Positions 9,289-20,467 of a stretch of 64,000 nucleotides of DNA are shown here, piece after piece. Both the position numbers and the translations under genes were made by a program. Under the pieces are notes generated by a model, which worked only from the letters and a program-made list of their open reading frames with translations, had not been told where the DNA came from and did not search any database. The DNA lies in the NCBI GenBank assembly GCA_963748215.1, contig CAVVHS010000006.1, positions 832,001 to 896,000 of the forward strand, written 5' to 3'. Each line of letters begins with the position of its first letter. Within the stretch, counting starts at the first letter, position 1. This DNA is from an uncultured Gammaproteobacteria bacterium. Its GTDB lineage: Bacteria > Pseudomonadota > Gammaproteobacteria > UBA9214.

Positions 9289-11964
9289 TTAGCGTTTTCG
9301 AAGCAAGAGTCGCAGCGGTCGTAATGCGGTATGCAACAAGTCACGAAGGTACGTGCGGGGATACCATTTTGACTTTCGCTGCACTGCCGCCCGATGCTCC
9401 TTGGGAGTCTTTTCAGATAGGGGCTTTTGTTCGGCTTGTGGCGGACCGGAGGGAACAGACCCCTTGGCAGTCTTCTTGGGGAGGGACTTTTGCTCGGCCT
9501 CTGGCGGGCCGGAGGGAACAGACCCCTTGGCAGTCTTATTGGGGTGGGACTTTTGCTCGGCCTCTGGCGGGCCGGAGGGAACAGACCCCTTGGCAGTCTT
9601 CTTGGGGAGGGACTTTTGCTCGGCCTCTGGCGGGCCGGAGGGAACAGACCCCTTGGCAGTCTTATTGGGGTGGGACTTTTGCTCGGCCTCTGGCGGGCCG
9701 GAGGGAACAGACCCCTTGGCAGTCTTATTGGGGTGGGACTTTTGCTCGGCCTCTGACGGGCCGGAGGGAACAGACCCCTTGGCAGTCTTCTTGGGGAGGG
9801 ACTTTTGCTCGGCCTCTGGCGGGCCGGAGGGAACAGCCCCCTTGGCAGTCTTATTGGGGTGGGACTTTTGCTTGCCTTCAGGCGCACTCGAAGAAGATGG
9901 GAGTGTCTTGTTTGATTCAATATCCAGGTGAAACCGCTCGAAAAGCGGAGCAGAAAGAGGAATCGCCGGTCGATCCTTGCCCGTATAGGTTAAGACCGCT
10001 CTACGAGGAATCCTGATCTCATAGAAATCGATAGCGACGGTAATGCTCCCATCAGACCCATCCGCGTCACGACGCTTTGTTGTATCTGCTTTACCATAGG
10101 AATAGAATCTATTTTTCAGAAAATAGATAAACATGTAAACATCATCCATGTTGACATCGGATTGTTTGTCAACCTCTTCACAAAAGCCATCCAGGTCATA
10201 GACCGAACTTCTCTTATTAATACCATCGAAGTGATAAAAAGCCTCCCCAAAGACAAAGCATGGCTTTCCCATCATCATGGCATAAATCCCGACTCGCGAA
10301 TTAATTAGTGCAACGCCGTCTGCCAATTCAAGCAAGTCGATAAAATGCGTGTCGTCCGGAACGTAGCAGGCGTACTCGAGTGGAATAGATTCAGCTTCAA
10401 GTGGATCCTTTTTACACAAAACGACCCAGCCGCATGTTCTTAATTTTTCGGCAGCCTCGTCGATGAAACGAAGAAAACTCTCGTAAGACTCCATTTCTCC
10501 GGCAAAATAGCGGATTTCAGTATCACTGGGCCGCTGCAGCGGCACAAATAGCACCTTTTTCCCACCAATCCGCAGCCTCGATGCCAAGGCATCACGCCCT
10601 ATCCTACCGCCCTCAGACTCCAGCGCGTTTACTCCCCAAAGGAGCCGCTTAATATACGTCTCGACCTCATTGCGTTGCACATCGGACAGTTCTAACTTCC
10701 AGTTATCGAGCGCATAGCTGGACGAATCAGCGCTGAATCCGTTGGGATCCAGAAACCAGCTATCAGCCAGGGCACCGCGCTCGAAACATAGATAGGGGAA
10801 CTTTGTCCGGCGGCACCAATTATAAATCTTCAAGCGAGCAGCGTTGGCATAGGGATTCGGAAAAAGAACCGCTTCAACGCCATGCTTCCCAAGCAGTGAT
10901 TCAAAAGCACGTTCATCCAGTTGATCGTCTTCGTCAATAAAATCTTGTTCGCTGACAAACAAGCGCTCCCCGAGTAGCGGGAATATATCACGCAAACGCC
11001 GGGCGGCATCCGTAAAAGGCTTACCAAAAAAGAGTATCTTGCGATACATGGCGTCAGCGTCAACCAAGGGCTCAGGATGCTCGCGTGTCTCGTCGAACTC
11101 TTTGAAGAACCTCTTCCAGATGGCCCGATTGACATCCATATTGCCGTAAAAGACGCTCGTCTTTGGCCTTTGGTGCCAGAGATGGACCACGAAAAGATTT
11201 GCCATTAATGCGTGGCGCCCAAGTAAGGAAAACTCTGAACGAAAGCCGCGGTAGTTCGTCGATTTCCATGATTTTGAGTCAGTATAGTAGTCGCGCGCAC
11301 GAGGCAGCACGCCTTCTTCACTAATCAAGCGATGGTAGAGTTCAAAGTCCTCGTATCCGTGCCCGCGAAATTCCGGTCGGTGCCCCCCAACAGACAGATA
11401 GTGCAGTCTGTCTACAACCATGACTGACGAGCATGGCGCCATGGTTTGTACCAACTGGCCATTCCCATTCAACCAGTGCAGATAGAAATCCATGAACCGG
11501 TGTGCCGGCTCCGCGGCAAGAAACTCTTCCGTCCCGGCTTCAGTTAGATACATGCAGGGGACAACAAAGAACCGCTTTTTACTCTTCGAGATCCCGAACC
11601 GGGACATGAATGTCAGCAACCGACCCCAATAGTCATCAGCGACGCGCAAATCCACATCGAGGAAAGTGACCGCAAGCCCCCGCGCCCGGCAGACACCAAA
11701 ATCCCGCGCAGCACCAATCGAAAAAGGCGCCCCCTCCGTTTCGTGATACAGGTAGCGAATCCCGTGTTGAACACAAAGTTGCTCGCTGTGAAGTCGGGTC
11801 TCCAAAGGGGACCCAGAGTCAACCACAATGAATTCGATCTGTTCGTTTTGCGGCAATGCAGCACACTGCTGTACTAGCCTTGCTGACAAATGCGGCAAAC
11901 CTGGATCCGCACGAAATGGAATGATTACGCTCAGGTTATGATTATTGAACTGCGCACCTGCCAT
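9289..11964 (-). CDS. Capsule biosynthesis protein: GT2-like N-terminus, KpsS/KpsC-like domain and repetitive C-tail
   Basis: SVIIPFR, VVDSGS, FLDVD, GHGYED; FERGAL..SWFLDPNG, VPLQRPSD, INSRVG. Confidence 0.75.
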   Translation of the reverse strand: MAGAQFNNHNLSVIIPFRADPGLPHLSARLVQQCAALPQNEQIEFIVVDSGSPLETRLHSEQLCVQHGIRYLYHETEGAPFSIGAARDFGVCRARGLAVTFLDVDLRVADDYWGRLLTFMSRFGISKSKKRFFVVPCMYLTEAGTEEFLAAEPAHRFMDFYLHWLNGNGQLVQTMAPCSSVMVVDRLHYLSVGGHRPEFRGHGYEDFELYHRLISEEGVLPRARDYYTDSKSWKSTNYRGFRSEFSLLGRHALMANLFVVHLWHQRPKTSVFYGNMDVNRAIWKRFFKEFDETREHPEPLVDADAMYRKILFFGKPFTDAARRLRDIFPLLGERLFVSEQDFIDEDDQLDERAFESLLGKHGVEAVLFPNPYANAARLKIYNWCRRTKFPYLCFERGALADSWFLDPNGFSADSSSYALDNWKLELSDVQRNEVETYIKRLLWGVNALESEGGRIGRDALASRLRIGGKKVLFVPLQRPSDTEIRYFAGEMESYESFLRFIDEAAEKLRTCGWVVLCKKDPLEAESIPLEYACYVPDDTHFIDLLELADGVALINSRVGIYAMMMGKPCFVFGEAFYHFDGINKRSSVYDLDGFCEEVDKQSDVNMDDVYMFIYFLKNRFYSYGKADTTKRRDADGSDGSITVAIDFYEIRIPRRAVLTYTGKDRPAIPLSAPLFERFHLDIESNKTLPSSSSAPEGKQKSHPNKTAKGAVPSGPPEAEQKSLPKKTAKGSVPSGPSEAEQKSHPNKTAKGSVPSGPPEAEQKSHPNKTAKGSVPSGPPEAEQKSLPKKTAKGSVPSGPPEAEQKSHPNKTAKGSVPSGPPEAEQKSLPKKTAKGSVPSGPPQAEQKPLSEKTPKEHRAAVQRKSKWYPRTYLRDLLHTALRPLRLLLRKR
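9433..9873 (-). repeat. In-frame tandem repeat, 7 x 63 bp (EQKS(L/H)P(K/N)KTAKGSVPSGPPEA)
   Basis: Seen directly in DNA and translation. Confidence 0.95.
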
Positions 11965-12436
11965 ACCTTATACCTTACCACTACACATGCATCATCGCAC
12001 CCACGACCAAAGCCAGTGGATACGCAACCTCAACGAGTTCACTGGTTTAACGGCCGGGCATTATCTCCGCTTCGTCATCAATACAACGCTCATATTACCT
12101 TTAGAGGATGCTCGTAGTTCGTCTGGAAGCCGTTGTCAAGCATCCAGCCGCATTCATCTCTAGCGACGCCCGGTCCCGTCTTACGCGCAAAGCCCTGACC
12201 CCGATAATTCGACAATACAATTGGCACCGCTGCTTCAGTCTTATGCCGCTAAGCGGGTATTACCGGCAGGAAATATTCGTTACTGGCGTAATTGGAGTTT
12301 GCGCGCAGGGTGTTCGCCGCGATCCACAGGCGTCTTTCGATGGCTTAATTGTGTTCAAGTTGCGGCATGTTCCTTATGTTGTCCTTTTATGATTCTGGCC
12401 ATGCATACCAGTGCCTTCAACAGCGTTCGGCTAGTA

Positions 12437-13235
12437 GGGTATAGGAAGCATAACCCACGTATCTCGCGAGAATCCACCCGGGAACCGGCCGTCTCACCGG
12501 CATCCCTGCCCCTGAATCCCCGCACCCCGGCCGCCTGCAGGCCGCTCCCGGCCCTCTGCCACCGGCTTCCGCTGGCCTCTTCCTTTTTGTAACAGCCATG
12601 GCCCGGCCCACCGGCCGCAGCCCACCTTGCCCGCCTCCCTCCCGGGCCGGCAGCCTGGCCATGTGAATCCATGAATACCTGCTTGCGCCTCGTCACACCC
12701 ATCCGTCCGGCAGCGCACGCGGTGCCGGTAGCCGCAAACCCTCACGGACCGGCGCCGCTTGCTCCAGATGCGCCAGAATCTTGCCGATCACCGCCGGGTC
12801 CTCGATGCTGGCGATGATCTTCACCGCACCGCCGCAGGCCTGACAGGTCTCAACATCGACAAGGTGAATGATGCGCAGCATCAAGAGAGGGTGCCCTGGG
12901 GCATCCGGAATACGCGCTTGAAGCCCTGTGCCCAGGTCATCGCAGACCGGCGGGCCGCCGGCGTGTCCTCCTCTACCTCATCCGATGCCTTGCGGTTGGC
13001 ACCCCGGCCCCGACCCGCCTTCGTGACCCAGGCCCGGTGTGGACTGTTCGGTGCGAACACCCCGTGGTAGCGGGTCAGATTCACCCGTGGCCGCGGCACC
13101 AGCGCCGCCAGGCGGGCCATGAAATCCAGCGGTTCGAAAATGACGTGCGTGGTGCCGTCCCGGTAAGGCGTCTTGAGCTGGTAGCGCACAGTTCCCGAAG
13201 GCGTCAGCGACAGGCGCGGTTCGGCAATCGCCGGG
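12437..13235 (-). mobile_element. Second IS91/ISCR-family copy (oriIS plus 3' part of transposase)
   Basis: Near-identical to 4846-5590; lacks the 71-bp insertion and has about 124 bp extra near oriIS. Confidence 0.88.
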
Positions 13236-13511
13236 CCGCCGGGGTTCATTGAAAGGTAAAACACCGAAATTGTTTCTGGAACAACGTTACCAGCATGCGA
13301 TTGGTGAGCTGGATGAATCGAGGAAATATCAGCGCCAGTTTGAAGCCTATTACCATCGCAAGTGAAAAAAGGAACCCGGATGGTGGCAACAGAATAATTC
13401 AGCCAAGCCAGGCCTACAGTGTTGGCTTGTGGAGTAAGATATATCCGTCAGATAACTAATGCGTGTTTTATAAAGCAAGTTGAGGCAACAATCCTGCATT
13501 CCGCACGTTCT

Positions 13512-14456
13512 TTATACGGCGCTGTTAGCAGGCAATATTACTTGCTTGACCCTGTTTCTCAACTTCTTAAAATAACCTTCCTGATATAATATGCACTCGG
13601 GATAATAACCATACCCTTGGATTCTCCGCTCATCATTTGGATAAAGGCCTGGCCGTCCAATAAGCACAACAGGTAATTTAGGATTGAAAAGCTTACTCCA
13701 GGCTGACAATAAAGATGGCGTTTTTATAAGTAAGTCACACTTTGACAGCAATATGCTATCAACCAATGCGTTTAGTCCTTTTTGATAATTATTCGAATTA
13801 TCTTCAAAATGAACTTTTCCACTCGGACTGCTGTAGATAAATATCTTTTTACCTGAAATATTTTGTGATATATATTTTATAAATTCTGGCTCATCACTTG
13901 CTATGAATATTGAGTCGAACCTACTTTTATATTTCTCTATTATTGATAACACAAAAGAATTCTCAAATATATACGCTTCTCTATGTTTATCCAAACCGCG
14001 ATAGTGAATGCCTAAGACTTTTTTATTTAAAAATGTTTTTAAATAAAAATCTTCTGCAGCTTTCAGAACATAATCCTGAATCTTAATATAGTGATTAAAA
14101 AGTAATTTACCTGCACGTAATGTTGTAAACTCATTTTGTATTTCATTGTCTTTATTACCACGCGTTAATTCATTAATGGAATACCGATTATGAATCTCAC
14201 AATAATCCCCATTCGCATATTTTTTTAATGCCTGCCTGCGGCCTTCTTGTGATAATTGCTTATGCGTAAAATAATAATCAAACCAATTTTCACCATGACG
14301 GTGATCAATATTCCCCTTTCCGGCAAGAACGAAATATGGAATTAGATTATTTTCTGCGCAATATTTTGATAAAAATAAACAATAATTTAATTGTGCAAAT
14401 GTACCAATATTATGTTGAGATAATTTAAAAATCACTATAGCTTCAGAAAGCTTCAT
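13512..14456 (-). CDS. NodZ/O-fucosyltransferase-like glycosyltransferase (AT-rich)
   Basis: LGIHYRGLDK, IFIASDE, DSILLSKCDLLIKTPSLLS; start set at MKLSEA because upstream codons belong to the IS3 end. Confidence 0.7.
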   Translation of the reverse strand: MKLSEAIVIFKLSQHNIGTFAQLNYCLFLSKYCAENNLIPYFVLAGKGNIDHRHGENWFDYYFTHKQLSQEGRRQALKKYANGDYCEIHNRYSINELTRGNKDNEIQNEFTTLRAGKLLFNHYIKIQDYVLKAAEDFYLKTFLNKKVLGIHYRGLDKHREAYIFENSFVLSIIEKYKSRFDSIFIASDEPEFIKYISQNISGKKIFIYSSPSGKVHFEDNSNNYQKGLNALVDSILLSKCDLLIKTPSLLSAWSKLFNPKLPVVLIGRPGLYPNDERRIQGYGYYPECILYQEGYFKKLRNRVKQVILPANSAV

Positions 14457-14457
14457 A

Positions 14458-15718
14458 AAGAAGTGGACCCCGAAAATTGGACAGCCCGATAAGTGCTGCC
14501 TCGGGTCATGCTGCCATCCTGGCGGCGTCTTGGTAATACACACTGTCCGGCGTCTGCCTGTCAAGCGACTGATGCCGACGTTTGGCATTGTAGAACGCAA
14601 AATACCTGCCTAACGAAGCACGGGCGTCGCCAATGCTGTCGTAGGCCCTGAGGTAGACCTCCTCGTACTTCACACTGCGCCACAGGCGCTCGACGAAGAC
14701 GTTATCGACCCAACGGCCCTTGCCGTCCATGCTGATGCGAATGTCCTGTTGCTTGAGCACACCGGTAAAATCTTCGCTCGTGAACTGGCTGCCCTGGTCA
14801 GTGTTGAAGATCGCCGGTGCGCCGTAGGTCTCGATCGCTTCGTTCAGCGCCTCGATACAAAAACTCGTGTCCAGCGTGTTGGACACCCGCCAGGCAAGCA
14901 CCCGTCGCGAATACCAGTCCATGATGGCGACCAGATACACAAAACCCCTGGCCATCGGGATATACGTCACGTCGGTCGCCCATACCTGATTCGGGCGATC
15001 GATCACAAGATTCCTCAGCAGGTACGGATACACCCTGTGCGCCTGGTTGGCCAGGCTCAAGTTGCGCTTCGGATACAGCGCCGCCAGACCCATGGTGCGC
15101 ATCAGGCGCTGTACCCGCTTACGGTTGACCCAACGACCCTCATCCTCAAGCCAGTCCCGGATGCGCCGGCTGCCGTAGTAGGGATGCTCCAGATGGCAGC
15201 GGTCGATCAGCGCCATCAGTTCAAGCTCCTCCTCGGTGACCGGCTGGGGCACGTGATAAAACGTCGAGCGTGGCAGATCCAGAAGCGCGCATTGGCGGCT
15301 CACTGGCAACGGGTCCATCCGATCTACCATTTCTTTCCTCTGGGCCCGTGAATCCGTTCGAGCCCGCGTTCTAAAAAATCGTTCTCCATCGTCAGCTGAC
15401 CGATCTTCGCGTGCAAGGCCTGGACGCTTTCTTCGGTATCCTCGGCTTTCCTGGCACCTTTACCAAACACGTCCGGTGCACCGCTGAGTAGCTGTTTCTT
15501 CCACTCAGTGATCTGGTTGGCATGCACATCAAACTTCTTGACCAGCTCCGCCATCGTCAGATCCCCCTTGATCGCTGCCAGGGCTACCTTGGACTTGAAC
15601 TCAGGTGAATGGGTACGTCTCTTTCGTTTCATTGCTTCTCTCCAGAGCTTGTTGCTCATGATGGAGGAAAGCACTTATCATCGTCCAGTCACTGTCCAAC
15701 CGGTGGGGTCCACTTCTC
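14458..15718 (-). mobile_element. IS3-family element, apparently intact (orfA 15632-15324, orfB 15330-14506)
   Basis: TIR AGAAGTGGACCCC at both ends; WATDVTY, NTDQGSQF and DNVFVERLWRSVKYE; overlapping orfA/orfB. Confidence 0.92.
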
Positions 15719-15968
15719 TCTGATGTACCGATAAACCAAAAGACCCGCGCAAGGCGGGTCTTTTGGTAAGGTAGCCAGCGACTACGATCGTCTGATTGAG
15801 GCCTCGGAACGTCCTGGACATGCCGACACTGCCATCACCCAGCGTGTCTTTCGACTGAAGCCCGTACGGATTCAGCCCTTAAAAAAGGCAGGGGAACCTG
15901 ATTCTACTGGACAATCGTGTATCTATTGGACAATCACTCATTCAAGGCAGCAGTAAGTCCTTGAAAAA

Positions 15969-16212
15969 TGGCGCGCCCGAAGAGATTACTCGGCCAAATT
16001 CTACTCGGGGCATTACTGACCCTCGCGCCCTGCGGGCCGCCGCCGCTGCGCGGCGACGTTCTCGGCACTTGCTCCCTGCATTACTCTCGGCTCTGGCATC
16101 CTGCTTCGCTCTACCGAGTCCATCCATGGACTCGTACCTCCTGAATGGCCCAGGCCAGCTGCTCGACCCGGACTATGCCCGTAATATGGCTAACCTTTCC
16201 CTGCAGTCGTGC
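15969..16212 (-). repeat. tRNA-Arg att-like site 2 with expanded nested hairpin insertion; right side replaced by a MITE fragment
   Basis: TGGCGCGCCCGAAGAGATT-ACTCGG...; upstream TGGACA arm-like repeats at 15905-15935. Confidence 0.8.
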
Positions 16213-16344
16213 ACCGGCGGGACAGCGACCCATTTTCCGGATCCTCCCCGTCAAATAGCTACGGCTACTCTCCTTGAATTATACAAAAAATGACCTCACT
16301 CTCCCACCCGGCTCGCTACGATCGCCCAGATCCGACAGACTCCT
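16210..16344. mobile_element. Partial copy of the 165-bp MITE at 22541-22705
   Basis: High identity, including the right TIR ATCCGACAGACTCCT. Confidence 0.8.
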
Positions 16345-16373
16345 GGATTCGATTATTCCTGAATTTATAGCTA

Positions 16374-16416
16374 TGTACGTTATCGTACAGACTGCGTTTT
16401 CTCATACGACTACTGT
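16374..16416 (+). promoter_or_regulatory. Crp/Fnr-type box TGTACG-TTAT-CGTACA-GAC plus -10 (TACTGT)
   Basis: Perfect palindromic half-sites; one of six copies. Confidence 0.75.
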
Positions 16417-16596
16417 TTCACCAGCATCCGGACTGCCCGTGTAATTTGTCCTGACTATGTCACCTTTTCCTTTCCGCAGGCTGTTGCTGCGCAAGACGCG
16501 AGAGTAACGGAGTAGAGGGATGCGGCATGGATGCTCGATCTACTGTCCCGCCAGTCGGGACCCGAACAACACCTCTACGCTGGAAGGAGTATCAAG

Positions 16597-17158
16597 ATGT
16601 ACAACATACGCAATCATCCCCTCACACTCATGTTCGCGGCGGCAGCCATCGTCTCGATGAGCGTGATGAATCTGGCAAGTGCCGCAACCGCTGAGGATCT
16701 GGACAAGGATTCCCGACAGGCCTTGCAGACACTTTATAAAGCCGAACCTGTTGCCAAGACCCTTTCGCACACCGCCAAGGCTATCCTCGTTTTTCCGAAT
16801 ATCGTAAAGGCTGGCCTGGTATTCGGCGGCAGCTATGGCGAAGGTGAGCTGATCAAGGGCTCGAAGAGTGGTCGATTATTACAACTCCGTAACCGGATCC
16901 TGGGGTCTGCAAATCGGCGCCCAGTCCTACGGATATGCCGTGTTTCTGATGACAGACAAGGCCGTCAAGTACATCGAAGAGACGAAGGGCTGGGAAATTG
17001 GCGTGGGTCCGACCGTCGTGGTGGTTGACGAAGGGGTCGCGAAGAATCTTTCGACATCCACGCTAAAGGATGATGCCTATGCGTTTATCTTCAGTCAGCA
17101 GGGATTGATGGCTGGAGTCAGCATCGAGGGTACGAAAATTTCCCGAATCGAACGGTAA
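16597..17158 (+). pseudogene. YSC84/SYLF-related lipid-binding exported protein, frameshifted near 16867
   Basis: AILVFPNIVKAGLVFGGSYGEG in one frame, GSWGLQIGAQ...GLMAGVSIEGTKISR in another; may be a sequencing error. Confidence 0.75.
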
Positions 17159-17316
17159 ACCGGCACGGGGCGGACGCGATTTGCGTCCGTCCCGACTTGT
17201 CTGTCTCCCTCAAATACAGAGGGCGAAATTACAGCAGCGGTGATGAAGCATCAGGCCGCACCGAAACGATTCAGTCGCTGCCTCTGGAACACATATGAAC
17301 TCACAGGAGAATATCC

Positions 17317-17508
17317 GTGCCTTTGATTAACCTGGTCATCATCTTGCTCGTGGTTGGCGTACTGCTCTGGGTCGTCAATACCTACATACCCATGGACCGC
17401 AAGATCAGAAACATCCTGAACATAGTCGTGGTCATTGTGGTCGTGATATGGTTACTGCAGGTGTTCGGCGTGATGGGATCGCTGGATAGCATACGTATCG
17501 GCCGATGA
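17317..17508 (+). CDS. Small two-TM membrane protein (Thivi_2564-like)
   Basis: GVLLWVVNTYIPMD..I..ILN; RBS AGGAG. Confidence 0.75.
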   Translation: MPLINLVIILLVVGVLLWVVNTYIPMDRKIRNILNIVVVIVVVIWLLQVFGVMGSLDSIRIGR

Positions 17509-17684
17509 TGGCCTGAAAGGGTCATGAGACACAGTCAGTCTCCAATAAAAGTAGATCGATAGTGCGTTGGAAGTGGAGCCTGACACCTCGCATTCGCGAA
17601 GACTATTCCGATCCCCGTAACATCCATTACAATACCCGAAGCTGAAATAACCCGATTCGATGTGCGAATCGGGTTCTCATATGA

Positions 17685-18326
17685 GTGTTTGATCAGGACC
17701 TATCCGTCATGATCAAGAGTGAACGCTTCAACAGCATTTCACATCTGGTCGGTGCTGTGCTGGCGCTGGCAGGTGCCGTGGTGCTGGTTGTGGTGGCGTC
17801 GCGGGGTGACGATACACGCCGCATCGTGTCGTTCAGCATTTATGGCGCGACGCTGTTTCTGCTTTACCTCATTTCCACACTTTATCACGGCCTGCCGACG
17901 GGCCGTGCGAAGCACGTGTTCCGCGTTCTCGATCATCAGGCGATATATCTGCTGATAGCCGGAAGCTACACGCCGTTCACGCTGGTCGTGCTCGACGGTA
18001 TTGTGGGTTGGTGGCTGTTCGGTGCGATCTGGGGCATGGCGGTGCTGGGTCTGGTGCTCGATGCGCTGCCCCGGCGCGGCGCGCGGGTGCTGCCGTTTAT
18101 TATTTACTTCGTAATGGGCTGGTTGATAGTGCTGGCCATTGATCCACTGCTCGCGGCGCTGCCTCGCACGGGCTTCATCTGGCTGTTGACCGGCGGCATA
18201 CTCTATTCCTCCGGTATCGTGTTTTTTGCCCTCGATCGCCGTTACCCGTGGATGCACGGGGTATGGCATCTGTTCGTACTGGCCGGCAGCATCAGCCACT
18301 ATGTGGCGATTCTGGTCTATGTGTGA
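17685..18326 (+). CDS. Hemolysin III / PAQR family membrane protein
   Basis: ERFNSISH, STLYH, LDHQAIYLLIAGSYTP, HGVWHLFV. Confidence 0.92.
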   Translation: MFDQDLSVMIKSERFNSISHLVGAVLALAGAVVLVVVASRGDDTRRIVSFSIYGATLFLLYLISTLYHGLPTGRAKHVFRVLDHQAIYLLIAGSYTPFTLVVLDGIVGWWLFGAIWGMAVLGLVLDALPRRGARVLPFIIYFVMGWLIVLAIDPLLAALPRTGFIWLLTGGILYSSGIVFFALDRRYPWMHGVWHLFVLAGSISHYVAILVYV

Positions 18327-18475
18327 TAGCCAATAACGGTTCCGTAAGCAGTCGTATCGCAGGTGTCCTGAATGGCGATGGGCAAACTCCACGCACCTCG
18401 AGTCCGTAACCCGCTCGTTTGGATGGTGCAGCACCAGATCCTGTGGCCGAGTACCAGGGCATGGCAGGCGTGTTA

Positions 18476-18518
18476 TGTACGCTACCGTCCAGACAACCGC
18501 CAGGTCTCATTCCATACT
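18476..18518 (+). promoter_or_regulatory. Crp/Fnr-type box plus -10 (CATACT) upstream of the first Crp gene
   Basis: TGTACG-CTAC-CGTCCA-GAC, 18 nt, CATACT. Confidence 0.7.
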
Positions 18519-18595
18519 AGTATTATTCATCTTCGTGAAAAACACTTACCCTTGGATGCGTATTCGACACAGGGATTGCACAGCCAGCTCTCAAT

Positions 18596-19378
18596 GTGCC
18601 GTTTCCCGGGTTTTCCGACACCAGGAGAGATCATTTGCCGCTCACCAGACCTGCCCCGGTTGCCAATCGTCTGCTTGGTGCCCTGCCGCGCAAGGACCGT
18701 CAGCGATTTCTGGCAGGCTGCGAGCCGGTCGAACTGGCATTTGCCGATGTCCTGACCGAACCTGGCGAGCGCATTCGCCACGTTTACTTCCCCACGGAAA
18801 GCTTCATTTCGCTGGTAACGCCGATCGATAGCCGCGCTCGCCTGGAGGTGGGACTGGTCGGTGACGAAGGCATGCTCGGAATCTCCCTCATACTCGGAGT
18901 GGATGTAGCGCCGCTGCACGCCGTGGTACAGGGAAAAGGTACGACGCTGCGCATGAACGTCGCGCCGTTTCGCCGCGAACTCGCACTGAGCCCCGCACTG
19001 CAACGGGGACTGAAGCGTTACCTCTATGTAATGATGGGTCAAATCGCGCAAACAGCCGCCTGTACCCGCTTTCATGTGGTGGAGGCGCGTCTTGCCCGCT
19101 GGCTACTGATGACACAGGACCGGGCGCACTCAAACGCGTTCCATGTCACGCATGAATTTCTCGCTTACATGCTGGGCGTGCGTCGTGTCGGTGTCACCAG
19201 GGCCGCCACTGCGCTGCAAAATCGCAAACTGATCCGCTATAGCCGCGGGAATATCACGATTCTTGACCGCGGCGGCCTGGAGGCCGCTTCCTGCGTGTGT
19301 TACGCGGCCGATAAGGCAATCTACGCCAGGATATTGGGCCAGAACGCCTGTCGGACTCAGGAAATCGTAGCGCGCTGA
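18596..19378 (+). CDS. Crp/Fnr family transcriptional regulator
   Basis: [41 protein letters not shown]. Confidence 0.92.
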   Translation: MPFPGFSDTRRDHLPLTRPAPVANRLLGALPRKDRQRFLAGCEPVELAFADVLTEPGERIRHVYFPTESFISLVTPIDSRARLEVGLVGDEGMLGISLILGVDVAPLHAVVQGKGTTLRMNVAPFRRELALSPALQRGLKRYLYVMMGQIAQTAACTRFHVVEARLARWLLMTQDRAHSNAFHVTHEFLAYMLGVRRVGVTRAATALQNRKLIRYSRGNITILDRGGLEAASCVCYAADKAIYARILGQNACRTQEIVAR

Positions 19379-19434
19379 ATACGCCTGTCAGGCAACAATA
19401 TGAGGATCAGTGCGACAACACGCGGCCAACCGGA

Positions 19435-20154
19435 TTAATGAACGTTGATCACCGGGAGCAGGCGATCGAACTCCTTCTTGACCACCTGGTAGCATTCGCA
19501 GACGCGTGCCTCCAGGCCGGGCCGGTCCAGCACGGTGATCTTGCCGCGGCTGTAGTGAATCAACCCGGCGCGCTGCAGTTTCCCGGCCGCCTCGGTGACG
19601 CCTTCGCGGCGCACGCCGAGCATGTTGGCGATCAGCTCCTGCGTCATGATCAACTCGTTCGAGGGCAGGCGGTCCAGGCTCAGCAGCAGCCAGCGGCACA
19701 GTTGCTGGTCCACCGAATGATGCCGGTTGCACACCGCCGTCTGCGCCATCTGGGTCAGCAGCGCCTGGGTGTAGCGCAGCAACAGACGCTGCATCGGCCC
19801 GGCGCGAAAGAACGCGTCCTTCAGCAGCTGCCCCTTCAGCCGGTAGGCGTGACCGGCGCTTTGCACCACGGCCCGGCTGGTCGTGGTTTCGCCGCCCATG
19901 AACAGGGAGACGCCGACGATGCCCTCGTTGCCGACCACGGCGATTTCGGCCGATGCGCCATCCTCCATGACGTAGAGCAGGGACACGATGGAGGTGGTGG
20001 GGAAATAGACGTGGCGCATCGTCATGCCGGGCTCGTAAACCGCATCGCCGAGCGGCATCGGGACCAGTTCCAGATGGGGAAAGAGGCGCGCGCGTTCCTC
20101 CGCCGGCAGGGCGGCGAGCAGGTGGTTCTGACGGGGGTCATGAGGGACGGGCAT
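19435..20154 (-). CDS. Crp/Fnr family transcriptional regulator
   Basis: EIAVVGNEG, QTAVCNRHH, TQELIANMLGVRREGVTEAAG, CECY. Confidence 0.94.
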   Translation of the reverse strand: MPVPHDPRQNHLLAALPAEERARLFPHLELVPMPLGDAVYEPGMTMRHVYFPTTSIVSLLYVMEDGASAEIAVVGNEGIVGVSLFMGGETTTSRAVVQSAGHAYRLKGQLLKDAFFRAGPMQRLLLRYTQALLTQMAQTAVCNRHHSVDQQLCRWLLLSLDRLPSNELIMTQELIANMLGVRREGVTEAAGKLQRAGLIHYSRGKITVLDRPGLEARVCECYQVVKKEFDRLLPVINVH

Positions 20155-20252
20155 GTGCCGCCGCCCAAGTATCTGTCAAAACTGTAATAATCATCGATGT
20201 GGCTGTATCTGCTGCTGGAAACGCCGGTTAATTATCTCCCCTCCCCCGCCAA

Positions 20253-20344
20253 TGTACAACAGCGTACAGACGGAGCACGGGTACCCTTCGATTGCCGGCT
20301 ATGTACGCCAGCAGACAGACGGCGAATGAGGTCCTCCGTAAGCT
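20253..20344 (+). promoter_or_regulatory. Two tandem Crp/Fnr-type boxes (20253 and 20302); the second has a -10 (TAAGCT)
   Basis: TGTACA-ACAG-CGTACA-GAC and TGTACG-CCAG-CAGACA-GAC. Confidence 0.7.
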
Positions 20345-20467
20345 CGAATCATCGGAACCAGCATAAAAACCTGCAATGTCTGCAGCGCTATCCTGGCGAA
20401 GAGCAGTGTATGCCCGGCATGACTTGCCGATGCATCACTCCCGGACTCACCACATTAAGGAACGTTA

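Noticed and set aside
9433-9873. Possible CRISPR array (63-bp period)
   Set aside because: No unique spacers; it is an in-frame coding repeat, and no cas genes are present.
14457-14600. N-terminal 48 aa of the 362-aa ORF
   Set aside because: Read-through from the IS3 end, not part of the glycosyltransferase.
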